From Candidatus Marinacidobacterales bacterium (GTDB lineage: Bacteria; Acidobacteriota; Vicinamibacteria; Marinacidobacterales; DATDRI01), in assembly GCA_965226495.1 (NCBI GenBank), contig OZ245365.1:6112001-6176000 (forward strand): a stretch of DNA of 64,000 bases. Reading direction: 5' to 3'. The position numbers were made by a program, and so were the translations under genes. Under the pieces are notes generated by a model that made no database searches, was not told the DNA's origin, and saw only the letters and a list, made by a program, of their open reading frames with translations. Below are positions 1 through 9,489 of the stretch, one piece after another. The stretch's first letter is position 1, and each line of letters begins with the position of its first letter.

Positions 1-1811
1 GATCGCCTCATCGAGCGATCCGCGGTGATCCCTTGGCCGCTCCGAACTCCCATTGTCGCCGGGGATGAGCTCCAGACCTACACCATGACCACCGCAACGG
101 CCGCTTTTCAGACATCCTTTCCCTCTTCGGACATTCGTCACATTTTGCTCCGGCCGACCGACGCGTCGGGGGCGGACTTCGAGATCGAATCGGTGCGCCT
201 CATCTTCCGGAGTGAGCATTTGGCCGGCATTCCTTCGGGAGTCAGCTGGCAAGGTTTCGGAGACATCTTCCGCGAAACGATCGTCACGCGCTCACCGGAA
301 AGAGTGCGTTTCACCATGATACTTCCGCAGCAACCCATGCTCGACCTCGCGGTGGGCACGGTGGAAGATGGGCCGATCAGGTTCAGCGTCGCAATAAATC
401 AAGGGGCGAACACGTTCAGCGTACTCGAGCGAACGATTACCACGCCCGATCGTTGGGAGGCGGTGTACGTGGACCTGGGTAAGTTTGCTGGTGACACGGT
501 GACGCTCTCGTTGGGAGTCGACGCGGAGCAAGAAGGTGCCCTCGGATTCTGGGGTGCTCCCGCGGTGCGGAGTAAGGCCGTGCCGCCACCGGCCGCTAAC
601 GGCTTCGCCCGACCTCAGGGAGTCGTCTACATCTTCGTCGATACACTGCGTTCCGATCACCTCGACGCCTACGGCTATGATCGTGAGACGGCTCCCACCG
701 TCTCGCGCCTCGCCGCCGAAGGGACGCTCTTCCGAGACAACATCGCGCAGGGCGCTTGGACGAAAGTGTCGGCGCCCTCGATGTACACGGCGTTTTATCC
801 AAGCACTCTGGGGATCGTGGACTTTACGGATCGGGTGCCGTCGGCCGCGGTAACCATGGCGGAGGCCTACCGCGAGGCGGGCTATGCGACTTGGGCGACG
901 TCTTCGGTGCCGTTCACCGGCCGGCTTGCCAATATGCACCAAGGACTCGAGGTGCTGCACGAGCGCGGCTCGTTCGATTCGCCGGAGGGTCAAAGTGGGA
1001 GTAAGACTGCGAGGGAGTTCGTCGATCGTCTACTTCCCTGGCTCGCGGCGTCGATCCGGACGCGTTCGTCCGAACCGAGCTCGATTGGTACGACGGTTCG
1101 ATCCGCGGTGCCGACGCCGAGCTCGAGCGAGTCATGGAAAAGCTCCGCGAGCTCGGGCTGGATGAAAAAACGCTGGTCGTATTCATCAGCGATCATGGCG
1201 AGGAGTTTTTGGATCACGATGAGCACTTCCACGAGATGGACGTCTACGGTGAGATGATCAATGTCCCACTCATCATGAGGTGGCCTGGCGTGGTGCCGGC
1301 GGGAGCAGTGATCGAGGAGACAGTTCAAAACGTCGACGTCATGCCGACGCTTTTAGAGCTCAGTGGCATTGCGCTTCCGGAGGGAATCCAGGGACGCAGC
1401 CTCGTGCCCCTGTTGAGGAAGTCGTCCGCGAACGGCGAAATGTCCGGTTTCTCACCCGACGCCCGCTGGCAGAAGCGGCCCGCGGTTTCTGAATGGGAGA
1501 GGCGTAAAGACCAACTCGAAATCCGCGACGTGGACGCCTTCTCGATTATCCTCGACGGTTGGAAGCTCATCCACAACGTGGAAAGAAGTGAGGGTCATCC
1601 CGAGTACGAGCTCTACGATCACGGAAAGGATCCTCTCGATCAGAAAGACCTGGCCTCCGAGAACCCGGAGATCGTCGAGCGTCTTGCGGAACAGCTAGAC
1701 CGCTGGCATGAATGGGCACTGGCCGCCCGCCTGCCGTCCGATGCGGAAACGACGGAAGGCTTGCCTGCGGAAGAGCTGGAGCGACTCCGAAGCCTGGGCT
1801 ACGTCCAGTAG
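1..1811 (+). pseudogene. Sulfatase-like hydrolase/transferase (alkaline phosphatase superfamily), 5'-truncated by the window edge, with an apparent internal deletion and frameshift at about 1045
   Basis: Frame 1 is open from base 1 and has VYIFVDTLRSDHL and AWTKVS..SMYT. After ...LLPWL the homologous sequence resumes in another frame (GVDPDAFVRTELDWYDGSIRGAD...FISDHGEEF...ERLRSLGYVQ). Confidence 0.8.
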
Positions 1812-1833
1812 TTTCGTTTACAATGGGGCTCCG

Positions 1834-2493
1834 GTGAGCCCCGTGAAATCCTCTCGGCAATACAAGCGCCCCGCTTTCTTGACTCTCGTCCTCGTCTTGT
1901 TTTTCCCCCTCGGGGTGGGGCATGCGGGCCAGGCAGGCAAAATCAACCTCGACAAGGGCGTGTTTCTCGTCGCCAAGCCCAAGATCAGCGAAGGACCCTT
2001 CAGCGAAAGCGTGGTGCTTCTGCTCATGCATGGGGAAACGGGAACCCTCGGCGTAATCGTGAACCGTCTGACCGAGGTCTCGCTCGATGACGTGCTGCCC
2101 GATCTCGAGAGGGGAAGCAAGGAGACGCACCGCGTGTTTTTCGGGGGGCCGGTGGCATTGAACGGCCTCCTTTTCGTGTTTCGTTCGGCACGTCCGCCCG
2201 AGGGAGCGACGCATGTCATGGGGGACGTTTATTTCAGCGCCGACCTCGAGGTTTTCGAGAAAGTGCTGAAGCGAAAGACGAGCTCGAGCGCGCTCCGTCT
2301 TTTCTTGGGTCACTCCGGCTGGGGGTCGGGACAGCTCAAATGGGAGATTGGTCGCGGCGATTGGGAGCTGGTTCGCGCCGACACAGAGACCGTCTTCGAG
2401 AAGGATCCGGATATGATTTGGCCCGAGTTAATGGGCCCGGTCACGCGGCAGGTGGTGGAAGGTCGAGACGTCAGGGAGTATCGGACACCGTAA
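1834..2493 (+). CDS. YqgE/AlgH (DUF179) family protein with a hydrophobic N-terminal extension; start approximate
   Basis: Motifs FLVAKP..F..SVVLL..H...GTLGVIVNR, VFFGGPV and FLGHSGWGSGQL..EI..GDW. Confidence 0.85.
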   Translation: MSPVKSSRQYKRPAFLTLVLVLFFPLGVGHAGQAGKINLDKGVFLVAKPKISEGPFSESVVLLLMHGETGTLGVIVNRLTEVSLDDVLPDLERGSKETHRVFFGGPVALNGLLFVFRSARPPEGATHVMGDVYFSADLEVFEKVLKRKTSSSALRLFLGHSGWGSGQLKWEIGRGDWELVRADTETVFEKDPDMIWPELMGPVTRQVVEGRDVREYRTP

Positions 2494-4174
2494 ACGACGT
2501 CATCATGCCGGCGTGAAGGTGCTCGGCGATGTGACAGTGAAGCATCCACTCGCCAGGATTCGACATGTCGACCAGAATATCCATCGTCGTGCCAACCGGA
2601 ACGATCGCGGTGTCCTTCCAAACCATGTTTTGGTTGGGGACGGCATCGATGGAAAGTACGAGAAATCGCTGCCCGTGGAGATGAATGGGGTGGTTCATTG
2701 GGTGGATGGTCTGGGGGTCGTTAAATATCCGGATCTTGACGACCTCGCCTTTCTTGAACCCCCAGTGAATGTCCATGTTCTCTTTGCCCGTGTCGGGATC
2801 GCGGAGAATCCAATGCACCTGCTCGGCGCTCGACAGCCAGTTCATCATGGGCATGGCGTCGTTCCATTCCATCGGAGGCGCATACAGGCCGGACTCGAAC
2901 TGCATGGCCCGTACGATGGGAAGAGGCAGGTCCTGGATGCGAAGAATCAGCTCCAGCTGATGGTCGACCTCTTTGTCGAAGTGCTTACGGTAGGCGTCCA
3001 CGTCTTCTTGGACGTCCTTGTTCTCTCGGAGTGTAAAGAAGCTCTCGTGTAGATTCTGCGTCACCGGCTCGTTCGAGACGGTGACCCTTCCGAGTCGGTC
3101 GACCCGAGGCTTGAACTCACCACGGAACTCGTCGATAGCCTGGATCGAATTCGTGATCTCGAGATCGCCCGGCTCATCGAAGTAGACCTCGACCACGTAC
3201 CGTTCCGCAGGTGCGATCACAACGCTATCCACCCAAACCTCACGCTCGTACTTGCTCACGTCGGACGCGATGATTTTGATCTTCGCTCCTCCGAAGACGA
3301 CGTTGAAGGTCCGCGAGTTGGCAACATTGGTTAGGTAGAAGCGAACCACTTCACCCCGTGCCACTGCGAGTTGGTAGTCGGTGGCCCCGTTCACCAGCAT
3401 CACGTTCCCGAATCGTCCCATCAGGGCATGGGTGACCGCCCGGTCGCCGTAGGGGATCAAGCCTAGTTCGTCGATGAGGATGTCGTCGAGGATCAGAAGC
3501 TCTTCTCGATTGACGGGGTTGTAGTAGTCGGCCTCGGGCGGAGCGACCAGCATGTTCCCGTAGAGTCCGAGATCCTGCTGGACGTCCTCTCGCATGTGAG
3601 GGTGATACCAGTAGATACCGGTATCTCGAAAAAAAAGCTCGTAGGTGAAGCTCTCGCCCGGTTTGACGGGCGGTTGGGTAATGTTGGGGACGCCATCGAA
3701 GCGATTATCGAGCCGCAGGCCGTGCCAATGCACGGTGGTGGGCATCTTGATCTCGTTCTTGAACTCGACGATGACCGTCGATCCTTTGGCAGCCTTGATC
3801 AGTGGTCCCGGGTACTGGCCGTTGTAGCCGAACATGAGGAAGGTCTTACCGTTGATGGTGCGCCGCACCAGACTGGCGCTCATCTCCATGGTTTCCCCAT
3901 CCTTCATGTCTACGATTTCGGCCGGTTTTGCCTCGGGAAACATGTCGAGGTGATCCTCATCCATTCCGGGCAGGAACGGCCCCACGATGGGAACCGCATC
4001 TTCCAAACCGGGCATCGGCGGCATAGGGAAGTCGTGAGGAGGCATCCGCCACGCGTTTGGATCGGAACCACCGCCGTGATGCATGTGGCCTTCCTGTTTG
4101 GTTTCTTCCACCGACGGAGCAAAGGCGGCGACAGAGAGGAGAAATGCCGGGGCGAGGAGAGAAACCACCTTCAT
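2471..4174 (-). CDS. Secreted three-domain multicopper oxidase (CueO/CopA-like)
   Basis: All four copper motifs are present: HWH, WYHPH, HPIHLHG, HCHIAEHLHAGM. Signal peptide MKVVSLLAPAFLLSVAAFA is followed by a His/Met-rich segment. Confidence 0.95.
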   Translation of the reverse strand: MKVVSLLAPAFLLSVAAFAPSVEETKQEGHMHHGGGSDPNAWRMPPHDFPMPPMPGLEDAVPIVGPFLPGMDEDHLDMFPEAKPAEIVDMKDGETMEMSASLVRRTINGKTFLMFGYNGQYPGPLIKAAKGSTVIVEFKNEIKMPTTVHWHGLRLDNRFDGVPNITQPPVKPGESFTYELFFRDTGIYWYHPHMREDVQQDLGLYGNMLVAPPEADYYNPVNREELLILDDILIDELGLIPYGDRAVTHALMGRFGNVMLVNGATDYQLAVARGEVVRFYLTNVANSRTFNVVFGGAKIKIIASDVSKYEREVWVDSVVIAPAERYVVEVYFDEPGDLEITNSIQAIDEFRGEFKPRVDRLGRVTVSNEPVTQNLHESFFTLRENKDVQEDVDAYRKHFDKEVDHQLELILRIQDLPLPIVRAMQFESGLYAPPMEWNDAMPMMNWLSSAEQVHWILRDPDTGKENMDIHWGFKKGEVVKIRIFNDPQTIHPMNHPIHLHGQRFLVLSIDAVPNQNMVWKDTAIVPVGTTMDILVDMSNPGEWMLHCHIAEHLHAGMMTSFTVSDTP

Positions 4175-4202
4175 CGTGTCGGTCCGTGGTGTCGCAGCTT
4201 TT

Positions 4203-4790
4203 CTAGAATCCGTATGTGGCGCAGGGCTCCAGCTCGAAAGGACCGTGGCCGGCCATCGTGTGCATGAGTCCGCTCCGTGACATGCCACGTAGGATGATCG
4301 GTCCCTGCCACGTGTCGGTGGGCTCGGTCGAAGGCTCGAGGGTGATGATCACAAGAAACTTGTTCCACTCCACCCGACCGGATGCCGCGAAGCTTTCGTC
4401 CAAGGCTCCGAGTCGCTCTACCTGATCGAGCTCTGGCGTCGAGATCCAGACCGTGTAGACGCCTTTCTTGGATGGCGCTAAGCGCTCGACGCGAAGCTCT
4501 ATTTCGTAGATGTAGCTTCCCTTCGGCGAGACCGAAACGCCGAAGGGGGACGTCGCAAAGTTGATCCGGGCCGTCCCCTTCGCGAGCCCGGTGCCAGCAA
4601 CCCGCTTGGTCGTCACCAGGGGGATCTGGTAGTACGTGGAGCTTCCGATGAGATCCCGAGCCACTCCGCTGCAAGGGCTACGAGGAGCGGATTTTTCCGG
4701 CGCCGGGCTTGCCGCAGTCAAGAGCATGAGGGAGAGCGCAACAGGGAGCGCGAGACCCATGCCGGTCAGCGCCCTCCCGGTTCGCTTCAC
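4203..4790 (-). CDS. Secreted hypothetical protein with a Met/His-rich C-terminus
   Basis: GTG start overlaps the upstream stop (GTGA) with a GGAGG RBS. Signal-peptide-like N-terminus; C-terminus MSRSGLMHTMAGHGPFELEPC. Confidence 0.7.
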   Translation of the reverse strand: MKRTGRALTGMGLALPVALSLMLLTAASPAPEKSAPRSPCSGVARDLIGSSTYYQIPLVTTKRVAGTGLAKGTARINFATSPFGVSVSPKGSYIYEIELRVERLAPSKKGVYTVWISTPELDQVERLGALDESFAASGRVEWNKFLVIITLEPSTEPTDTWQGPIILRGMSRSGLMHTMAGHGPFELEPCATYGF

Positions 4791-6184
4791 TGATCTTTTC
4801 CTCCGGTCGGTCCGTTCTCCCAATCCTGCGCGCTCGAGATGTCGGGGACGCCCCAATCCGCACCGTTCCAGCCTTGGAAACCGTCCATGCGGAAAACCCA
4901 GAAACCGGTGGTCATATCGCTGACGACAATGAGTCCGTCGGCATTACGGATGTCGACACCAAACGCACCGTTGTAGACAGGAGTTCGATCGGAGTTCGGT
5001 GGGCCCAGATAGGTGTCGTAATAGCCGACCGTCACCGGGTTTTTCGGATCCATCAGGCTGAAAATCTGTAGCCCATCGAGATAGCCGGACACGAACACGT
5101 ACGGCCAGCGGATCTCGTGGTTGTGGACGAGATTCTTCCAGTTGGCGGTCCAGGCGCCGATAGGTTGATTGATGTTCTTCACTTCTCCGTCGAGAGCAGG
5201 CTTCAGATCAAAAATGCGAAGCGGCGCGTATTGATACTCGGTCTCCGCCACAACGTACCGCCCATCCGACGTGGGAGTGAAAGTATGGCCGCTGCGAACG
5301 CCTCTGATTCCAGTCAACGAAATGACGAGCTGTGGCTCTTCCAGATCGGTGACGTTGTAGATGTAGTAGCCACCCGTGCCGCCGCCGTAGAACCTATCTT
5401 GGCCGGTATCCTTGTGGTAGCCGACGTAAAAATCGTGGTAGCCCATCCGGCGCGCCAAAAAATTCGCAGCTTCGCCTCCTCCCTCTCGCATCGGCTTGTA
5501 CTGGTCGCCCGATGCGTCCGGCACGGGGACCTTAGCGACCAACATGTCGTCGTGGAATCCCTCGACCACGTACCCTAAGTCGTAGACGTGCGCGAAGGGT
5601 CCACTAACGGTCGTGAAGAGGAGCACGCGACCGTTGGTGTGCTTGTAGACGAAGATGTTGTGGAATCCCTCGGGAGTATCCGGCTCTCGGATACGGGCAA
5701 CTTCCTTGACCTTGGACGGATCGGGGAGGCCGGTTACATCGAGGACGACGGCGCCGAGATCGGCGTCCGGTCCGCCCTGCTTGAACTGCAGTGACTGGAC
5801 GACGTAATAGCGTCCCTTCCACTTGAAGTGCTTGACGTCCATCCCGCCCAGCCCCACATGGAGATCCTGGTTCTCGATCCTCCACTTGTAGATCCGCTTG
5901 GGCTTGGCGGGATCGGAAATGTCGATGATGTCCATCCCCCGCTCGCCCTCGTCACCGTAAACCATGCGGCCCACATAGGCGTAGGGCCGATCGAGCTCCT
6001 GCTCAACGTCGATATCGGAGACGTTGAGTCGGGGCCCGAGTGGCAAGTGGGAGATGACCTTGATGTTGGGGCTCCCCGGGTTGTCGGCCGTCCACTCTTC
6101 GGAGCGGACCGTAGGGGTACCAGGAAGGAAGGCGACGGCTAGCATGAAAATCGCGGACCCTGTAAAAGCACGGCGGAACGTCAT
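4787..6184 (-). CDS. Secreted LVIVD-repeat / beta-propeller protein with His motifs
   Basis: Signal peptide and repeats of IIDISDPAKP, VLDVTGLPDP, IYNVTDLEEP, IFSLMDPKNP. His motifs FHNIF, YHDFY, GHTF, VHNHE. Confidence 0.75.
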   Translation of the reverse strand: MTFRRAFTGSAIFMLAVAFLPGTPTVRSEEWTADNPGSPNIKVISHLPLGPRLNVSDIDVEQELDRPYAYVGRMVYGDEGERGMDIIDISDPAKPKRIYKWRIENQDLHVGLGGMDVKHFKWKGRYYVVQSLQFKQGGPDADLGAVVLDVTGLPDPSKVKEVARIREPDTPEGFHNIFVYKHTNGRVLLFTTVSGPFAHVYDLGYVVEGFHDDMLVAKVPVPDASGDQYKPMREGGGEAANFLARRMGYHDFYVGYHKDTGQDRFYGGGTGGYYIYNVTDLEEPQLVISLTGIRGVRSGHTFTPTSDGRYVVAETEYQYAPLRIFDLKPALDGEVKNINQPIGAWTANWKNLVHNHEIRWPYVFVSGYLDGLQIFSLMDPKNPVTVGYYDTYLGPPNSDRTPVYNGAFGVDIRNADGLIVVSDMTTGFWVFRMDGFQGWNGADWGVPDISSAQDWENGPTGGKDQ

Positions 6185-6308
6185 GATTTACCTCGCTAGA
6201 GAGCAGTTGATGAACTAAGGGCCCCGTTGGAGCGCGAGCCGGCCCCTATTCTATATGACAGATGGCCCCGATCAGAAGTGCCCCAGAAGCCCCCGCCGGC
6301 TAGGGTGT

Positions 6309-7349
6309 CTAGGGGCCAATGGGGCTCGGCGCTGCCGGGCCTTCCAGGCTTGGTCGTGGAGCCGGAGATTCCAGCAGCTCGCCGAGTTTCGGGTACTGAG
6401 TTCCGAAGAAGTGAAGCGCGTAGGCTTGGAAAAAGACCATCGCCGGCGCATAGACGAGCGCCATCAAATAGAGGATCACGAGAACGATGACGCCGCCGAG
6501 CACCGAGACTAGCGCGATGGTGCCGGGGCTCCAGGTGACTCCCGCCGCCTGTCCCACGATGGCGGCGATGATGCCCGGAAGGAGCACAGCGAGGAACAGC
6601 GTCAAGGCCAGGATGACATAGAGGATGGTAAAGAAGATGGCGCTTCCGAGAGCGAGTAAAGCCTTCATCACGACGAACAAGATGTAGGCAGCCTTGTTCA
6701 CATTCACCATCGGCCAGAGTCGGCGCCAGCCTTCCAGCACGCCAATGTTCTCGAGCGCCATCAACGGTACGACCCAATCCCTCACCGCCAAACTTGCGAC
6801 CATCGTCGCGACGAGGAGAGCCAAGAACAGGAAGAAAAGTACGACCCCTCCGATGACTAAGAGCACGACATGCTCTTCGGGCGTGTCGAAGATCCCCGCG
6901 ATCCACGCTAAGCCGGCCGGCACCCCGAAGAACAGCGTGAAGACGAAAATCATGATTGCAGTAAACCCGATCCACCAAAGGAAGAGGCTACGTCCCTGTC
7001 GTTGCCAACGGACCCAACCTTCCGCAATCACGCATCGGTTGTTGAGAACCGAGTCGAACAGAATGAACCGGAAGACGCTCGCCACATAGGTGAGGAACAA
7101 GAGCAGGATCGTCGCCGCGACACTCGCACCGATAACGAGCGGAACGGCTGGCGTTGCCGCCAGAAGCTCTTCGGACGTGTCGCTCGGGATGTCGGGAAAG
7201 TTGAAACCTCCGCCCGAGAACTCCCAGGTCAAAAGAGACACGACGCCGAGGCGAAGCCACTGGCCGAGACGGAAAGGCCTGAAGAGTTGTTTGATGGTTC
7301 GCTCGAAGGCGGGGCCTATCGTATCGACCGCCTGCGAGGATGAGCTCAT
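6309..7349 (-). CDS. Polytopic membrane protein of unknown function
   Basis: 346-aa ORF with about 6-7 hydrophobic helices. Confidence 0.75.
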   Translation of the reverse strand: MSSSSQAVDTIGPAFERTIKQLFRPFRLGQWLRLGVVSLLTWEFSGGGFNFPDIPSDTSEELLAATPAVPLVIGASVAATILLLFLTYVASVFRFILFDSVLNNRCVIAEGWVRWQRQGRSLFLWWIGFTAIMIFVFTLFFGVPAGLAWIAGIFDTPEEHVVLLVIGGVVLFFLFLALLVATMVASLAVRDWVVPLMALENIGVLEGWRRLWPMVNVNKAAYILFVVMKALLALGSAIFFTILYVILALTLFLAVLLPGIIAAIVGQAAGVTWSPGTIALVSVLGGVIVLVILYLMALVYAPAMVFFQAYALHFFGTQYPKLGELLESPAPRPSLEGPAAPSPIGP

Positions 7350-7377
7350 GAAATGATTATCTCATACGCGCCGTTCG

Positions 7378-8706
7378 CTATCTGATCCTCCACCCGCTTT
7401 CCGGCCCGCCATGGAGGAATTTCTCCGGCTCCATCACGCCGTCTCGTTTGAAGACCAGCCCGTCTTTCATCACGAACTGGACATTGCGGAGGGCGTCGAT
7501 GTCCTCCAGCGGGTTTCCCAGCACCGCGATGATATCGGCCGCCAGCCCAGCTTTGATCGGTCCGCGCGCCTTTTCCGTCTGAGAACATTTGTACCCGTTG
7601 ATTGTCATGGCTTTGAGGATCTCAGGAGCGGGAAGCTCGGCGGCCTTCCACGTGAGGAGAAAGTCGATAGCAACTTCCCCTCGACTCATGCCGGGGACGT
7701 AGTAGTCGGCGTCGGTGGAAAACGTGAGCGGTACCTTGTTCTCGTAGGCATTCTTCAGCCCGGCTACAGTCTTCCCGAACTCCTCCTGGCTTCCACGGTA
7801 GGCGGTGAAAGGTGTTTCGGTTCCGGCTCGCCAGATTCCTTTCGCTGCCATTTGCTTGTGGGTCTCGTCGTCGAGAGCCCTTGAGTGCGCGATAGACCAG
7901 ATTCCCGCTTCGATGGCGCGACGAGCCCCATCCGGAGTTTGAACGTGCCCTTCGACCACCATGCCGGACTTCGCCGCTTCCGCGACAAAGAGTTTCATCT
8001 CGTCCACCGTGTATCCGTAGGGTTTGGAGTCCACCATGATCTTGATGACTTTGGCGCCGAAGAGGATGTTTTGACGGACCGCCTTGACGATCTCGTCGTT
8101 GGTGTCCGCGTCGAGGTACTCCGGGTAGACGATGTTGTGGTCGAGCGCCATCTCCGGCGTGGGCCAAAATTGCCCTCCCATTCCACCAATAATGAGGCCG
8201 GAGTTAATGATGGTAGGACCGGGCACCCAGCCTTGCTCGATGGCAACCCTGAGCGCGGTGTCCGCATAGTTCCCGGCGTTTCCCATGTCACGGACGATGG
8301 TGAACCCCGAGGAGAGCATCTGCATCCCGTTCGAAACGGCCTGGATCGCGCGTATGGGGGTCGAGTCGAGAACATAGGTTAAGTAGTAGACGTCATTCTC
8401 GGGAACCTTCTTGTAGGTAAGCGCGAGGTGGTTGTGAGTGTCGACGAGTCCCGGAAGGACGCTCAACCCCGAGAGGTCGATCCATTCGGCTCCTGTGGGG
8501 ACGTTGACGTTCGCACCCACCGCTCGGATCTTTCCGTCTTCGACCAGAATGACCTGGTTTGTGGCCGAAGTTCCGAACTCGGGGTCGATGAGATGGCCGG
8601 CGCGGATAGCGGTGACCTGGGCGAGAAGGAGGGATGGGGCACCCACCAGAAAGATCGACACGGCGGGCGCCAACAAGCGACTGCGGAGCGAAAGTCTATC
8701 TGACAT
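7378..8706 (-). CDS. Secreted metal-dependent amidohydrolase (Xaa-Pro dipeptidase-like)
   Basis: Motifs VLPGLVDTHNHL, GFTIVRDMG, FSTDA and the ADIIAV.GNPLEDI..L..V.FVMKDG C-terminus. Confidence 0.9.
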   Translation of the reverse strand: MSDRLSLRSRLLAPAVSIFLVGAPSLLLAQVTAIRAGHLIDPEFGTSATNQVILVEDGKIRAVGANVNVPTGAEWIDLSGLSVLPGLVDTHNHLALTYKKVPENDVYYLTYVLDSTPIRAIQAVSNGMQMLSSGFTIVRDMGNAGNYADTALRVAIEQGWVPGPTIINSGLIIGGMGGQFWPTPEMALDHNIVYPEYLDADTNDEIVKAVRQNILFGAKVIKIMVDSKPYGYTVDEMKLFVAEAAKSGMVVEGHVQTPDGARRAIEAGIWSIAHSRALDDETHKQMAAKGIWRAGTETPFTAYRGSQEEFGKTVAGLKNAYENKVPLTFSTDADYYVPGMSRGEVAIDFLLTWKAAELPAPEILKAMTINGYKCSQTEKARGPIKAGLAADIIAVLGNPLEDIDALRNVQFVMKDGLVFKRDGVMEPEKFLHGGPESGWRIR

Positions 8707-8791
8707 GAATGATCTCCTATTAATAAGGACGAAGAAACAGAAAGAGACTAGGCGGCGGTCATTATATAGGGGGCTTGTTCGATCGGTGCTG

Positions 8792-9373
8792 CTATGCGGA
8801 AGCGGGTCGACGAGAGCGCCACGCCAGTAGCTTTCGGGTCAGGAGAACGAGGAGAAGCACCACTAACGCGAACGCAATGACCGGCAGAACGACAGCCAAA
8901 ATCGCAAAAACCACCGCCCCCCCGGCTTCGACTGTCGAGACGAGCGGGTTCGCCAGCCCTCCCGTTGTGAGGGTCGACGTGTGGCGGATGGCGGTAGTCG
9001 CGGCCTGCACGATGCCGGCGATTCCGCCACCGCCGATGGCGGCCAAGGTCCATTTGAGGAATGGATCGATGTCGGTCAGGGTGGACGCGGTGACGATGGT
9101 TCCCGCGACAACGGCCGAGGGAGCGGCAAGCGTGTCGAGAAGATTGTCCACCCACGGAATGTAATAAGCCGCGATCTCGAAAAGGGTCGCGGTGGCGAAC
9201 GCCACAAGAGCGGGCGTCGTCGCGATCCACTGGAAGCCGCCGCCGAGTTCTAAATGCCCGCTATGGGCCGCGATGCTCATGACGAGAAAAGGGACGAAGA
9301 TCCGAAAGCCGCATGCGGCAGCGAGGCCCAAGCCCACGAAGAGGCTGGTGAGCGTGGCCATCGAGAATTCCAT
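8792..9373 (-). CDS. DUF4126 family membrane protein
   Basis: Motifs GLGLAAACGFRIFVP, EIAAYYIPWVDNLLD and GGLANPLVSTVE. Start set at the ATG 6 nt downstream of TATAAT. Confidence 0.85.
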   Translation of the reverse strand: MEFSMATLTSLFVGLGLAAACGFRIFVPFLVMSIAAHSGHLELGGGFQWIATTPALVAFATATLFEIAAYYIPWVDNLLDTLAAPSAVVAGTIVTASTLTDIDPFLKWTLAAIGGGGIAGIVQAATTAIRHTSTLTTGGLANPLVSTVEAGGAVVFAILAVVLPVIAFALVVLLLVLLTRKLLAWRSRRPASA

Positions 9374-9489
9374 ACCTTCATTATACAACGGCATATCGGA
9401 ACGGGAGCCATCAGCCCGCGCGCAGTCGCCTGCCTACGTAGCGCGAGGCGTGGGAGTGCGGCCCCGCGCCACTGAGTTAAGATAGCGCC

